DNA of 64,000 nucleotides from NCBI RefSeq assembly GCF_006345805.1, contig NC_043003.1, positions 57,102,001-57,166,000 on the forward strand, in the 5' to 3' direction. Made by a program: the position numbers and the translations under genes. This DNA is from Octopus sinensis (lineage: Eukaryota). The notes under the pieces are model-generated. The model was not told the DNA's origin, did not search any database, and saw only the letters and a program-made list of their open reading frames with translations. Shown one piece after another: positions 13,334-26,940 of this stretch. The stretch's first letter is position 1. Each line of letters starts with the position of its first letter.

Positions 13334-15149
13334 TCATAAATTTAACCTTTAAAGGTATTTTTTGATATGCTGGCCATTGATAAAATTTTTTTTAGAAAAA
13401 ACTTTTATCCTACATTAGTTATATATATATGTACACGCGCGCGAGCATAAACATTCATATATGTCTTTGTATGTACATTACAACATACACGCAACATATA
13501 TGTGTGTAATTATAATGTTTGGACGGTTTGCTGTTCCCGCCGAGGAGGTCCAGTAACTATAAACTATTGGGCGTACAAATATTACTCTCTTCTACCTTCT
13601 TGTGTATCTTCGACATGATTCCTCTTTAGAATTTTGGTATTCTTCTATAACTACGGTACTTCTGCCATATCAATTTTTGTTGATCCGTGAAGTATCCGTC
13701 GAAAGTAACACGTTCGACCGATTGGTTGTAATTAATGATTATTGAAATTCAAACGACAGAGGTTTAACAAAATTGGTTTAACAGCGGAAAAAAACTTCGT
13801 GCTTTTAAATTAAGGTACCTTTTATGTGATAATTAAGGTGCCTTTTATGTGCTTTTTAATTAAGGTGCATTTTTAATTGAGGTAACTTACGATGTAAATT
13901 CAAATGGTGCAGGGGTTAACATTGTATTCCCTGCAAACGAGATCGATAAGTTGTCAAGTGTTGGGATATATAAATTGGCTGTAATTTCTCTGCGCCCAAA
14001 ATGTACAACCTTGAACCAAATTTTTAAAATCGATTGTTACCGAATTTTTTGGTCCTTTTTTCTCTGATCCACATTCCTTTCCAAATTACTGGTTAAAATT
14101 ACTATGATTTCTATTTCCATACGTCTCTTCTGTTTGGTCATGACATACAAATGTCATTTCTACAAACTTCCACTAGTTTCACAGTGTTATAAGTTCGAAG
14201 ACTAGTGGATGCATTGACAAGAAATTAATATACAGACGAATGTATATAAACACATCCAAATACATCCATTCAATTCGCATTTATATCACGATATCTTTCT
14301 TTGTAGTGTAAGGAAGAAAACCCGCTAAAGCATCATAGGAAATATTTGAGAAATAGCATTTATAAATAAACAGAAATATTTTAATTACGTGACTATTCCA
14401 GTTTCTGCTTTAAACTCGACATCACTCAGAGAATTAAGTCTTTGTTTGTATCTAAGTTCATGCAGTTCTTTTGTCTGGGATAACCCTGGCTTTATCAGAG
14501 TAAACATCTGTTCAAGTATTTCATCTAAATCCAACCATCCGATAACGGAAGCACATCTCGGCATGTCTAATTTCCATGATGTTACAAGCAGTATTAAACA
14601 GCAACAGTCAATTCTAAACCATTGGAAGCTATAGTTGCTACTTTAATATTGTATAACTTTCATGATATCTAACAAAACATCCAGGGCGGTATTTGGTAGC
14701 CGCAAAAGACTGGAATTTAGATTTCTCCCGTTGTTGTATTGGTACCAATGGGAATCTTGGTCGCGTGAGTATATTTCTTATCGTTAATTTAATAGAGATC
14801 CATTTGGTAAGTTTGGTTAGAATAATAGTGCCAGAGTATTTTAGAAAGCTTAGAGGCAGCAGGATTGTGCTAATCGTGATGGATCCTTAAAAAATGAAAG
14901 AAAAGAATAGGAAAAAAAAACATTAATTATTTTCTGCAAAACTAGGGGCATTCTTAATTTCCTCTGGAACAAAACTTATAATTATTATTGTTCATTCGGC
15001 CCAACAAAATACAGGATGGGTGAATAGGAAATACTAATTGTACTGAGCAATTGAATCAATTTATGTGCCGAATGTGAAAGTACGAAGAACTACTACAAAT
15101 TCGGATCTACTTGTCTTCATTATACATGTATGTGTGCGTGTATGTGTGT

Positions 15150-15181
<32 letters not shown>

Positions 15182-15380
15182 TTGTGTATGCGTGTGGGTG
15201 ACTTTGTGTGTTTACGTAGATATACATTTATATCTATAGGAGTACCTACCCTCTCGAAGCTTATCAGATATAATAATATCAACTGCACGTGGTATTTCTT
15301 TGGCCAGCCAGATAGAAATACCAACGATTCGCTCACCCACATAATTCTCACAAGCAAAGATATACAACATACATATATTC

Positions 15381-15458
<78 letters not shown>

Positions 15459-15666
15459 ATATATATATATATATATGTGTGTGTGTGGTGTGTGTGTGTG
15501 TGTGCATACATACATATATATACATATATATATACATGCATATATATAAATATACATATATATATATATGTAAATACACATATATACACACACAAAGAAT
15601 GAGGGAGAGAGGGGGTAGATAATTAAATAGACAGGTAGCTATGCATATATATGTATATATACATAC

Positions 15667-15699
<33 letters not shown>

Positions 15700-17376
15700 T
15701 AGATATATGTCTATATCTGTCTATCAGTCCCTCCCGCTTTCTCTCTATATATATACACACACACATACACACCACACTGTTAATTAACTTAAAACCAACT
15801 TCAGAACCGGATGATATTACACAACCATCGTTGTAAAATTCTTTGAAATTTCTTTTTCAAAGTTTTCTTGAGATTGGTAATCTTCCAAGAGCTTTGGGAA
15901 ATTTCCAACCGTTTCACCTATACACGAGTGGGAAAGCAGAACACAACCGGGTAATTATAAACCCATATCCTTCAGCTCGAATGGAACTAAAATTCTTGAA
16001 CAAATATTTCGTGCGAAAATTGTTAGTTATCCGAATAAGAAAAAAAAGAGAAAAAAATTCACTATTATTTATTGAACATGGTTTTCGCATTGGACAAAGA
16101 TTGTTTAATACCTCGTAAACTTCTATTGTGTTGAAACGTTGAATTCTCTTTTATAGTTCTATGCCTTTAGTTTCTATTTATTTAGATTTTTTCCCTAGAT
16201 CTTTTTCTTGTTTTTTTTTTCTTTTCCGTTCTTCTGTAGACAAAGTTAGCCATAGAAATGTTTACCATAAACTGAAACAGCTTGGTTTTCTGGTTTCCTG
16301 AAAAACAAGCGGCAGATGAATGGAGATCTTATCACTCTAATTGCTTTTGTTGTTTTTTTGTACAAGAGCTAGTCACAAGGATTATTTTCGTGTATCTCGC
16401 TTCCCTCTCCCTCACTCTCGTCTTATCTTTCTCTCTCTCCCTTATGAATCCTCATCATGTCTGAATTAACAACGACTGTGACCTTTGCAGATGAATCTAA
16501 ACAATAGCAGAGACAGATACAACGAACACCAATCAAGCGCTGTAATGAGACATTTAATCAACGTTCAACTGGTCATACACTAATAAGTCCAAGTCAACAA
16601 AGGAGGGAGAGGGGGAAAACGCTCATAAAATAACTTGCCAAACAATTGCAATTAGACGCACACTAATGCATACAACAATGAGCTTCTAAGTGGTTGTTCA
16701 ATGTGCTAAAAATAACAGCCACATTTCGCTTAATCACACCATGACCTCTTGGAAAATAACAGAACAAATTGATACCGTTATCATATACATACACACACAC
16801 ATACACGTTTATATATATATATATATATATATACAATTGAAAAATGGGAGAAAATCTCTATAAGAATTTATGAAGTAGCCATTGCACCTCCACAGTACTA
16901 AGGAAAATATTGATACCGCACAGTAAAAATTAATCATTCAACACTAAAGATTAATGTTGTGTAATGCAGATGAATAATTTTGTATTGGTACAAAAATACA
17001 AGTTTCTTTAATCAAAATATACACTAAGCAAAATATCGAAATTGGACAGAAATACTTTAATAACTTACACTCTATACCGTAAGACGCAATACTTAACACT
17101 GCCAAAAAAACCACTGACTTCAACTGTCACCAGAGATATCCATCGTTAATAATACAAACCAAGTCTACCCAAAGCCAAACCTTCAGCATATAAGACGCAG
17201 ATTGACTCCTGCGGGAAAATTTTAGAGAAAAAGTGTGCTTTGTATACCGGAATATACAGTATATCTATTACAACTATTTTAACGTTCGATTCACCGATAA
17301 AAGAATCATAGGACAGAAATATTACAAATTTACCGAGAACTGTCTCCAGGAGTTGCCTAATTATGAAAATAAGAAC

Positions 17377-18282
17377 AATTGACTTTCAGTAAGAAAGATT
17401 ATTTCTTACAGCTTAACTTTCTACTTAAATTGTGTTTTAGTATTCCGTGCATCAAAGACGTGACGTTAACATAACTGCAAAGGATACATGGATTTTGGTT
17501 ATTTAGTAGAAGATATGAAACACATTTGTAAAATTTACAGACAAAATAGATTTCATAAATGGTGAGCTGTGGTATTCTCATTTTTCTATTTTAGTTTGAT
17601 TATTGTTGGATCCTTTCGGTTTGAACGGCAGTTTTTTTCTAGCGGCATCATATGAAATTGTCACCATAATTATGACCCTAGAATCGATCTATTGCATTTC
17701 AATCTGTTTTAGGGTTAGGGTTAGTTAAGGTTAGGGGTGGGGGAAGGGTATTTTTTTTTCTTCACAAATGTAAATAAACCCAAACTGTTTCTTAAACGAG
17801 GGACATCTTCATACGGCACAGAATGCTTTTTAACTCAATAGACGTCACTGATTGGTTGAAATTGCAGAAATTGAAAAAAAAAAAAAACAAATATCTTACA
17901 AACTATGGAATTTTCTCAATAAAGCCAAGAGAAAAAGATGCTTTATAAACACATTCTACCAGTATACGAAGTTTAAAATTTTTTAGTTACCTAGAAATTA
18001 TATTAAAAACTGCCGTTCAAACCAAAAAGATCCGAAAAAATTGACTTTCAGTAAGAAAGATTTTTTCTTATAGCTTAACTTTCTACTTAAATTGTGTTTT
18101 AGTATTCCGTGCATCAAGGACGTGACATTAACATAACTGCAAAGGATACATGGGTTTTGGTTATTTAGTAGAAGATATTAAACACATTACCGTGACTCAT
18201 TTGATTTGCAAAACTTACAGACAAAATAGATTTCATAAATGGTGAAAAATTCTCATTTTTCTATTTAAGTTTGATTGTTGTT
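17377..18282 (+). repeat. ~230-bp direct duplication flanking the MITE (17377-17607 and 18039-18282)
   Basis: Both copies begin aattgactttcagtaagaaagat and end gtttgatt(a/g)ttgtt, with small indels between them. Confidence 0.9.
17608..18033. mobile_element. MITE with 29-bp TIRs and internal TTAGGG-like repeats
   Basis: Left TIR ggatcctttcggtttgaacggcagttttt versus reverse complement of right TIR ggatctttttggtttgaacggcagttttt; internal ttagggttagggttagttaaggttaggg. Confidence 0.85.
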
Positions 18283-18558
18283 TAGCAGTCTCTAAACACA
18301 ACGAATAGCTTGAATTTTACGTTTCGTAGGGACACGCTTCATATCATTGATATGATTGATGAATTTTAAGGGGCAACATGTCATATCCACGAGGATATCA
18401 GTCATATCATGTGCCAAACGATTATTCATACGCTTTCAACAAATACATACAAAGGCACACTCACGCACACATACAGACCTATACATAGATACGTTTCTGT
18501 GTATGTGTGTGTGTGTGTGTTAGTGTGTGTGTGTGTGTGTGTGGTGTGTGTGTGTGTG

Positions 18559-18593
<35 letters not shown>

Positions 18594-18689
18594 TGTGTGT
18601 GAATACTCAGTTGTTCTTCCAAATAAAGAACTCAATGAAATAGTGCATAAGCGGATAAGTATGCCGCAGATAATTCTTTTGTGTATTTA

Positions 18690-18740
18690 ATTCTTCTTCT
18701 TCTTCTTCTTCTTCTTCTTCTTCTTCTTCTTCTTCTTCTT

Positions 18741-18771
<31 letters not shown>

Positions 18772-18777
18772 TTCTTC

Positions 18778-18830
<53 letters not shown>
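18690..18830. repeat. (TTC)n(TTA)n microsatellite
   Basis: Direct inspection. Confidence 0.95.
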
Positions 18831-18832
<2 letters not shown>

Positions 18833-18835
18833 TGA

Positions 18836-19038
18836 GGCAGCGAGCTCATTACCGCCCCGAACAAAATACTTCGCGGTATTTCTTCTGGTTTTGTGTTCTG
18901 AGTTCCAATGGAACCCAGGTCGACTTTGCCTTTCAACCTTTCTGTGTCTGTAAATTAAGTACCAGTCAAGCAATGGATCGATGATTACGACTCAAAACTG
19001 TCACTAAAATCTCTAGCCTTGTGCCAAAATTAGAAACC
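18836..19038 (+). mobile_element. SINE family A embedded in (TTA)n
   Basis: ggcagcgagctc head, gttctgagttccaat, gtcgactttgcctttc and gccttgtgccaaaattagaaacc tail. Confidence 0.85.
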
Positions 19039-19057
19039 ATTATCATTATTATTATTT

Positions 19058-21597
19058 GATTAAAACTCTCAGCTTACTTTGTGGGTTATGATGGGAAGTT
19101 TCAGCTGTCCACAGCCAGCAGACTAAGGAAACACTTGTTTACTTGTCAGGCTTCAAGAACCCGGCGAAGAATTCTTGCAATGCCAAGCAATGCTGGTTTT
19201 TGTAGGTATTCTACCTTTACATCTGCATCAATCTTTTTCAGCTATGTTGGTAGTTGAGTGCTGATGCTTCCAAGTGCACCAATTACTATTGGTATCATGT
19301 CTACTCTCACTCTCCGCATTGACTACATCCTTCGTATTTCCATTTCGAATCGTCGTAATTGTTTAGTTTCTCTTGTTCTTTCTATTTGATCCTGGTGTCA
19401 CCGGGATATGTTATGTCAATTATCATGCATGTTCTTTTTTTTATTCACCACAACAATCTCTGGTTTCTGATGTCTGGTATGTTGAATGCACTGAATCATT
19501 GCATCTCACGGAATTTCGCAATTTTCATTCACGGTGACTCCTTCTAGCGTTTTCTCATACCACGTCTTTGCACTTTGTAGTCCGTGATTTCCACGGAGAT
19601 CCCAACAGATCATTCTTGCCTCATTGTCATGGCTTTTGTATTCGCGCTGTGCAAATTTCGGGCATTCGCTAACGATGTGCAATACAATATCACCCCTCTC
19701 GCCACACACTGTACATTTGTCGCTGTCTATAGTGTTACCGATCATTCTTTACTTCACATAGTTAGTTCGAAACGCTTGTTCTTGAGCAGCGCGTATAAGT
19801 GCTCTTGTCTTCTGCTTCATTCGGTCTTCTGTATCTGCGTTCGCTTTCGTGTCTCTTGCAAACTGACCATATATTTTTCTCCTTCCATGCTGTTTCTTTT
19901 TCATTTGTATTCTTTTCCTTTTTAAGATTTTCTCTTTTTACACAGTTATCGGTTTTAATGAATCCCATGATTCCTGAATGGTTCCACGGTATTTTTTACA
20001 TACCACCCTATGTTGTTTTCCTCTCATTCGATACGATCCTGGCAACAAATAAAACCTCTCCCAACCTTTCCTCTGGACAAGTACAACCTATCGGTGTCAC
20101 TCTGAGGGTAAATGTCTCCGTAGACTGTCAATATTAATATTTTTCCTGTTTTTGTATCCATGTTTATCAGTTTTTTTTTGCTATAGTGGTCAATTTTGAT
20201 CGCAACACCAATATTAGTTCTCGAAAATATTCCACCCTCAGTTGTTCTTTCATTTCCTACTCCATGACTTCGTTGAACTCTAGTATGCCAAGGAATTTGT
20301 AGCCTTACTTTCCAATTTGTTTAATCAGTTCTCTGTTAGGTAATTCCATCACTCCTAGAGACTATACCTTGCCTCTTTTCGGGTACATTATACCACACTT
20401 CTTGGGTCTGAATTACATTCAAATATCACCAAAGAACTCACCAAAGAACTCACTTGTGTCTCGTCCATGTCATACAGCTTCATGTAATCCATGAAGAGGA
20501 CACGGTTGATTGCTTGAGATTTTCCCTGTACCTGATATCCCAGGTTCATATTCCTAAGTACCAAGGTCAGAGGAATGATGCAGAAAGCAAAAAGCAACTA
20601 GATAAGTTATCAGCTTGAAAAATCCCTCTCCTGATACTCAGGGTGCCCAAGCTTTTTCCATGTCTTCAAAAGACACGTTACAATCCTCGCAATTCCAAGC
20701 AAATCTAAGCACTCGATGATCCACGAATGTGGAATCATATTACAAACTATTCAAATTTGTTCTCCGTTTGCAATCCTGCATTTGCATTTTGTCTCTCAAT
20801 AACTGGCCTATGGTACTTCTGTATCTCCTCCTACAACCTCCTTGTTCTTTCGGTAACATATCGTTCGCATTAACAAATTTGTATAGTTCTTCTGCAATTC
20901 CTCCTGACAGTAACTTCCACATTAATGGGAGGCAAGAAATCGGCCTGTAATTGTCGGCAGCATTTCCTTTTGATCCATCTTTGAGACGTAACACCGTTCG
21001 TCCTTTTTGTCAACAAACCCTGGATATCTTCTTCTCCATTGTTCAATGCATTAAATTGGTTTGCGATCAATTTATGGCTCCTACAGAACATTTATTTTAT
21101 CCCAAATCCCTGTACACCGTCAGCACTTGCTGGTTTCCAATTGCTTATCTTTTTACTCATTTCTGATACTGTCTACTGTGAAGTGGACAGCCTCTTGCTG
21201 AGGATAAGCAGCTGTGGATAAGTAGCTCCAGGCTGCAGAGCCAGTCAGCTACAGTGTTATGTTGTTCTTGCTTACTCCATATCTTACCCCAGAACTGCCG
21301 ACTTTTATCAGCAACAGGAACTATTCAGCCTCACACCATATCATCATTAATTTTTTGATAATTCTTTTTTATCGATTCTCAACAATTGGTTTTGCCAGTA
21401 TTGTTCAATCGGTTGTTCAAACCTAGTTAGCTTTGCATTTTTGGCTAGTATACGCTGCTTTAGTTCTTCATTTACAACATTCAGACCTTTGGTACCCACA
21501 CGATACTACTTCTTCACATTTTCAAATTTGCGATTATTCTTCAATTCTCCTTTTCTTTTTCTGACAAGTATTGACACCGCAATGTTCAGTGAGTTTT
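19058..21597 (-). mobile_element. 5'-truncated, decayed R4/Dong-like non-LTR retrotransposon (RT + CCHC + restriction-like endonuclease)
   Basis: Minus-strand peptides include [42 protein letters not shown] (YxDD-equivalent), CTVCGERGDIVLHIVSECPKFAQREYK.HD and a C-terminal RILRRVLEA*. Both ends abut (TAA)n on the element strand. Confidence 0.9.
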
Positions 21598-21745
<148 letters not shown>

Positions 21746-21976
21746 TCATATACACTCAATATGTTAGACTGTTGGAAAAGAATAGAATACTAATATCGGG
21801 CTACAACAAGTAGCCTTAGATGCCAATAATCCTTCTAAGCATCATAGTTGTCCCTAATAACACTGCTTTCTGTAGCTGTACTAAACGGGGTTTATGCCTA
21901 TTTCCTCTATCCATTTGTTCAGATATTTAAGGATATTTCCCAATGCACCTGTAACTACTGAGTTACATTTTACCTG

Positions 21977-22049
21977 CATAATTACTGTATATTATTATTA
22001 TATTTCCATAATTACTGTATATTATTATTATATTTCCATAATTACAGTA

Positions 22050-22060
<11 letters not shown>
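21977..22060. repeat. ~3 x 30-bp minisatellite (cataattactgtatattattattatatttc)
   Basis: Direct inspection. Confidence 0.85.
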
Positions 22061-22095
<35 letters not shown>

Positions 22096-22864
22096 TTATT
22101 ATTATTATTATTATGGTTGTTGTTGTTTGTTTTCTAACGTACACTGCAATAACCGATGTAGATGTAATCCTGCAATATTGTATGCATTCAAATCGTAGTT
22201 TAATAAATATTTATAATTCTTAATCGTTAGCATAGGCTTAAACTAAAATTGCTGAACGTCGCATTGGCATTCAATTTAGTTTCAATTCTATTTTTACGCA
22301 TCGTGTTTTATGAGGTCCATTTCGCTGATGTATATAACTTTGTTCAATTTATACATCTTCCATTTGTCCTCCGGCAGAAAAAAAACTTTTTGCAAGTGTT
22401 TTTTAATATACACCCAGCTTGCAGAAAGTTGTAGGTATTCTTGATATATAGTATTAATTTTTTTTTCATACATTTGCCTTGAGTTATTTTTAATTCCGTT
22501 AAATTACATAATATTATATTAATTTATCTTGCTCTAAGCTATGCGTTTAATGAGCTCTTTGGTAGGTTTATGCAAAATAAAATTCATTCTTGTTATATTT
22601 TGAGACATAATTATAATTTATAACTCCAAGTATTCGATAAAATTAAACTTGCTGGTGTATTTTGCTCTAGATTGTCTACGCTTGAAGAGAAGAAATTTAT
22701 AATCACAGAGATTTTAACTTCAAAATTATAACTTCTGTTTTAAGTACTATGGTTTGTGTAGCATTTGTTGAAGTCAAATATTCTTATCGTCTCGTCTGGT
22801 AGGAAAACTTTGTTTTGATAACTTTTTATCGTTTAGAATTTATATGTATTATTCATTGGTCTGT

Positions 22865-23245
22865 ACCTGTACTGCAGCAACCACTTACAAGTGTTTTAGT
22901 CGAACGGATCGAACGCAGTTTTTATTGTTTTTTGCCGTACAACTATGTTAGGGAGCTGTAAAAAAACCAACACCGCCAGTCAACTGGTGGCGGGAACACA
23001 ACTGCAAAACACACACATAAACACTAACACACGCGCGCGCATATTCATATGTCTATATATAAGTTTGTGTGTGTGCGTGTATGTTAGTGCGTGTATATGT
23101 ATATAATGTGTGTACAGGATTTCTAATTTCCTCCATAAATTCCACTCTCATGTCTCTGTTCAGCCCAGGGCTACAGAAAAAGGCACTAGCCCTAGGTACC
23201 ACTCCGTGTGACTGAACACAGCGCCTTGTGGTAAGAAAGCATGAC
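22865..23245 (-). mobile_element. Degraded SINE family B
   Basis: Remnants of the tail (ttttgccgtacaact..atgt) and core (ccactctc..aaggc..actagccc) motifs. Confidence 0.5.
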
Positions 23246-23274
23246 TGCACTTATTAAGTTATTAACATAGAGAC

Positions 23275-23480
23275 CTATGAATATGGATATAGAAGCTGGA
23301 GGTTTCGAAGCAGTTGTCCTTAGTTATCCTCGTTTTCTTTGATTTTCAAAGACATATTTATATCTGCAGAGCAGCTAACTTCTATGACGTTACATACCTT
23401 TGCCCCTCTGTTCCACACAACAATATCCAGCCTGTTACGCTTACATTTTACAGAGGTTTTGATGGGAATAGTCCACCAGT
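23275..23480 (-). mobile_element. 3' fragment of RLE-type non-LTR element (family 2)
   Basis: Homologous to 30750-30940 (ttttctttgattttcaaaga.atatt..atctgcag..c.gctaac). Confidence 0.7.
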
Positions 23481-24251
23481 TTCCATGTATATATGTTATC
23501 GTTCATTTCCGCGTTTTCTGGAACATCATCTGAGGTAAATGGTGCACCCTTAGAACGGTGAAAACGCTTGGGGGAATATATACATGTATTCAAATATTTT
23601 TGCTGACCACCCTCAATGATATAACACTAGATACTAGAATCAAAAGCAACCTGCCTTTGAAGTTTTTTTTTTTTTACACAGACAACGAACTGCGTTATTC
23701 AAGCACATACATAGAAACATACGGACAATAATAACTCACTCATCCACGCACGTAGATGTATATGTGTACGAGTATTCAAATAAACCTTCTAAAACCACTC
23801 GTATACCTTTTAAACTTATTTTACTGTCGTAAACTTTAAAGTATCACGATCTTTTATATACTTATTCTTCGAGAGTCTAGTTTATTGTGAGTTCGTCAGT
23901 ATAAAAAGGATCAGAAGTTTTCTATTATTGTTTTCATTTTTCTCATTTTACATTTCCTAATAACAGAAGAATATTTTCATTTCAAATCTATAGCCGATGT
24001 ACTGAAACTGTATTTTTTTACGAAATGTTACTGAAATTCTGTAAGATTAGAAAGGATGGCTTACATTTAATATACGTTTAATGTACATGTACGAGTATAC
24101 AATGTAAACCCTTGATTTCCAAACATTCATTTCCTCATTCAAACTCTATTTCTTTGAAGATATATAAATATGCATGGATGTTTGTGTGTGCGTATGTGTG
24201 TGTGGGTGTGTGTGTGTATGTGTGGTTGATGAAATAGTAAATGCAAGGTTT

Positions 24252-24282
<31 letters not shown>

Positions 24283-25124
24283 CATACATATATATATATA
24301 AACACACACACAAATGTATATATATATATATATATACATGCATATGCATATGTACACATAAGTATAGGCATACGTACATGTACACTTATAAACCTTCCCA
24401 CAAAGAAATATATGTATGCTTATATATACTTGCGTATATATATATATATATGCACATATATATATATGTGTGTGTGTGTGTGCATATATATATGTATATA
24501 CATATATAGGTATATAAATATATATATATACATATATTTATACATATATGTATGCATATGTATAATATAATATGTATATAATATATATATATATGCATAT
24601 TTTAAGCACATAAAACCATGCACTCACAATTCCCTCATCCATACACACGTACATATATACCACAAGCATGTATACGAACACGTACACTCTTGCGTGCGTA
24701 TTTACACTGTATGTATGAGTATGTGTTAGTGTTTTCTATAGAAAACGACATTACATATATTTCACGAATATTTAGTGCACCTAAACCAGCACGGCTCGCT
24801 GCACACATCAGCGGGTTAAAAGTAATAACGATTAGAACCTCCTTTGAACCCGTTGATGAGTGTAGCCGAGTACGAAAGAGAGGTTAAAACCAGAATCTAG
24901 GTATGTGTTTGTAATGATGTTAAATGATATAAACATATTATCGACTACACACGCTTCATAAACAACGATGTATTGAGCTCTTTATTTTGCACCATAAGCT
25001 TATACTTACACAAAGAAATACATGTCCCATACGTATGTACATATGCTCATATATTTACATAATATATATATATATAATATATATATATATGTATGTAGAT
25101 ATGAACTTTATATATTGTATATGT

Positions 25125-25193
<69 letters not shown>

Positions 25194-25505
25194 TAAATAT
25201 ACATACATACATATACATATATGTATAGACATACAAACATATATATACATATATGCATATATAAGTTAACTCTCATTTACTTAACTATGTACGTGTCGAT
25301 ATGTACATGTTTATGTATGTTGGAAGGATATTATGTCACATGTCAGTATACATTGTGAAAAGAAGAACTCAATGCGTAACGTAAAGTATAAACTTTATAA
25401 CGAAATATTCCATTCCCCGAATGTAAACAAAAATTGGTGATCTATCTCCTCCAACTTGTGCCAACGGACGTTCTTCATCACACACACACACACATACACA
25501 TACAC

Positions 25506-25853
25506 AGGCACGTGCATGGCCCAGTGTTTACAGCGTCGGGCTATCAGTCATGAGGGAGTGAGTTCGATTCCCGGATCGGACTATCAGTTCGTTTTCTTGA
25601 GCAAAACACTTAATTTCACACTGGTCCAGTTCATTCAGCTGTAGAAAATGCGTTGCGAGGTCGCTGTTGCCAAATCTATATCGGCGTTTGCCATTCCGTT
25701 GTATAATATCGGTAGCGTGGGAGAGGAAGGCTGGCATGCATGGCCGACTGCTGGTCCTCCATATAAACAACCTTTACCGGACTTTTGCCTCGTTGGGAAA
25801 CTTTCTAGGTGCAATCCCAAGGTCATTCATGACCAAAGGATTTCTTTACCCTT
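25506..25853 (+). mobile_element. tRNA/CORE-like SINE with a distinct tail
   Basis: gcatggcccagtg head, gagttcgattccc B-box and ttgagcaaaacacttaatttcac..tccagttcattcagctgt CORE-like segment; unique tail. Confidence 0.75.
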
Positions 25854-26026
25854 ACACGTTATTTGTGCATATGTATGTATGTATGTATGTATGTATATGT
25901 ATGTATGTATATATATATATAAATGTATAATGTATACATATATATACACTTATATATATATGTATATATATATGTATATATATGTAAATATATATATGTG
26001 TATATATATGTAAATATATATGCAGT

Positions 26027-26097
<71 letters not shown>

Positions 26098-26454
26098 TTA
26101 CATGTTTATATGTATATACACACATTTATATATTTATATATGCATGTATATACATTTATATATATATATATGTACATATATATGTATAAAGCCTTCCAAA
26201 TATTCATCTATAGTCCATCGCAATTACTCAGGAAGCAATACGAAGCATTTTCTACATGTAAGCATAAATTCTGTCGCACCTTTAAATTCTTCCATATGTC
26301 CAAATGCAACCAAAATCAAAGCACATAACACTTGCGTATATGCATCCACGGGCGTTACAATACACGAAAGTGTCTCCTTTCGTTTCCTTCTCTGGCTACA
26401 AAGAAGCTAGATAGCCATAATTCCTTAAATTTTAATGTTTTAATTATTTAATAT

Positions 26455-26940
26455 TTAGTTTTTTATTATCCCTCCAACTTACAGACATATCACTTCACTT
26501 CTCAATCCATACACATATTCATTCCTTACATTCTTATCTCTTCCTATCCCTCCATACTCCTCTCCTACCCCCTCATATTTTGACCACCAAGTAACAAACT
26601 TTATTCACTTATTTTCTTCCTCTCTCCTTTTCTTTCTTCTTTCTTCACCTTTTCATTTTAACATACACATCTTAAATACAACCACAACATTTTCACTGCA
26701 CTATAGCATCCTACATATATTTTTATTTTTACTTTCCTTCATAGCCCTTAGTTCTATCCTTTTTCAAAATAACTCCTTACATTGAACTCTACTATTTTCC
26801 TCTATTTAACCATCACACATCTTCTCCCATGAAGAGATATCCCTAAAATCCCAGAAACAGCTGTAAGACTAACTTTCTGTTTATAAATGCCCTGAAAATT
26901 CCACACAGCCTTGGCTTTGTTGTCTCATGTTATTTAACAA
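26455..26940 (+). mobile_element. Penelope-like terminal fragment with degenerate hammerhead motif (26822-26869)
   Basis: A pyrimidine-rich tract followed by cccatgaagagat..atcccagaaacagctgtaagac, homologous to 38267-38314. Confidence 0.55.

Noticed and set aside
14169-14212. Hairpin containing gaagactagtg (miR-7-like); similar partial matches at ~7757 and ~55474
   Set aside because: The stem is only ~12 bp, the match to mature miR-7 is partial, and there is no pre-miRNA-length duplex.
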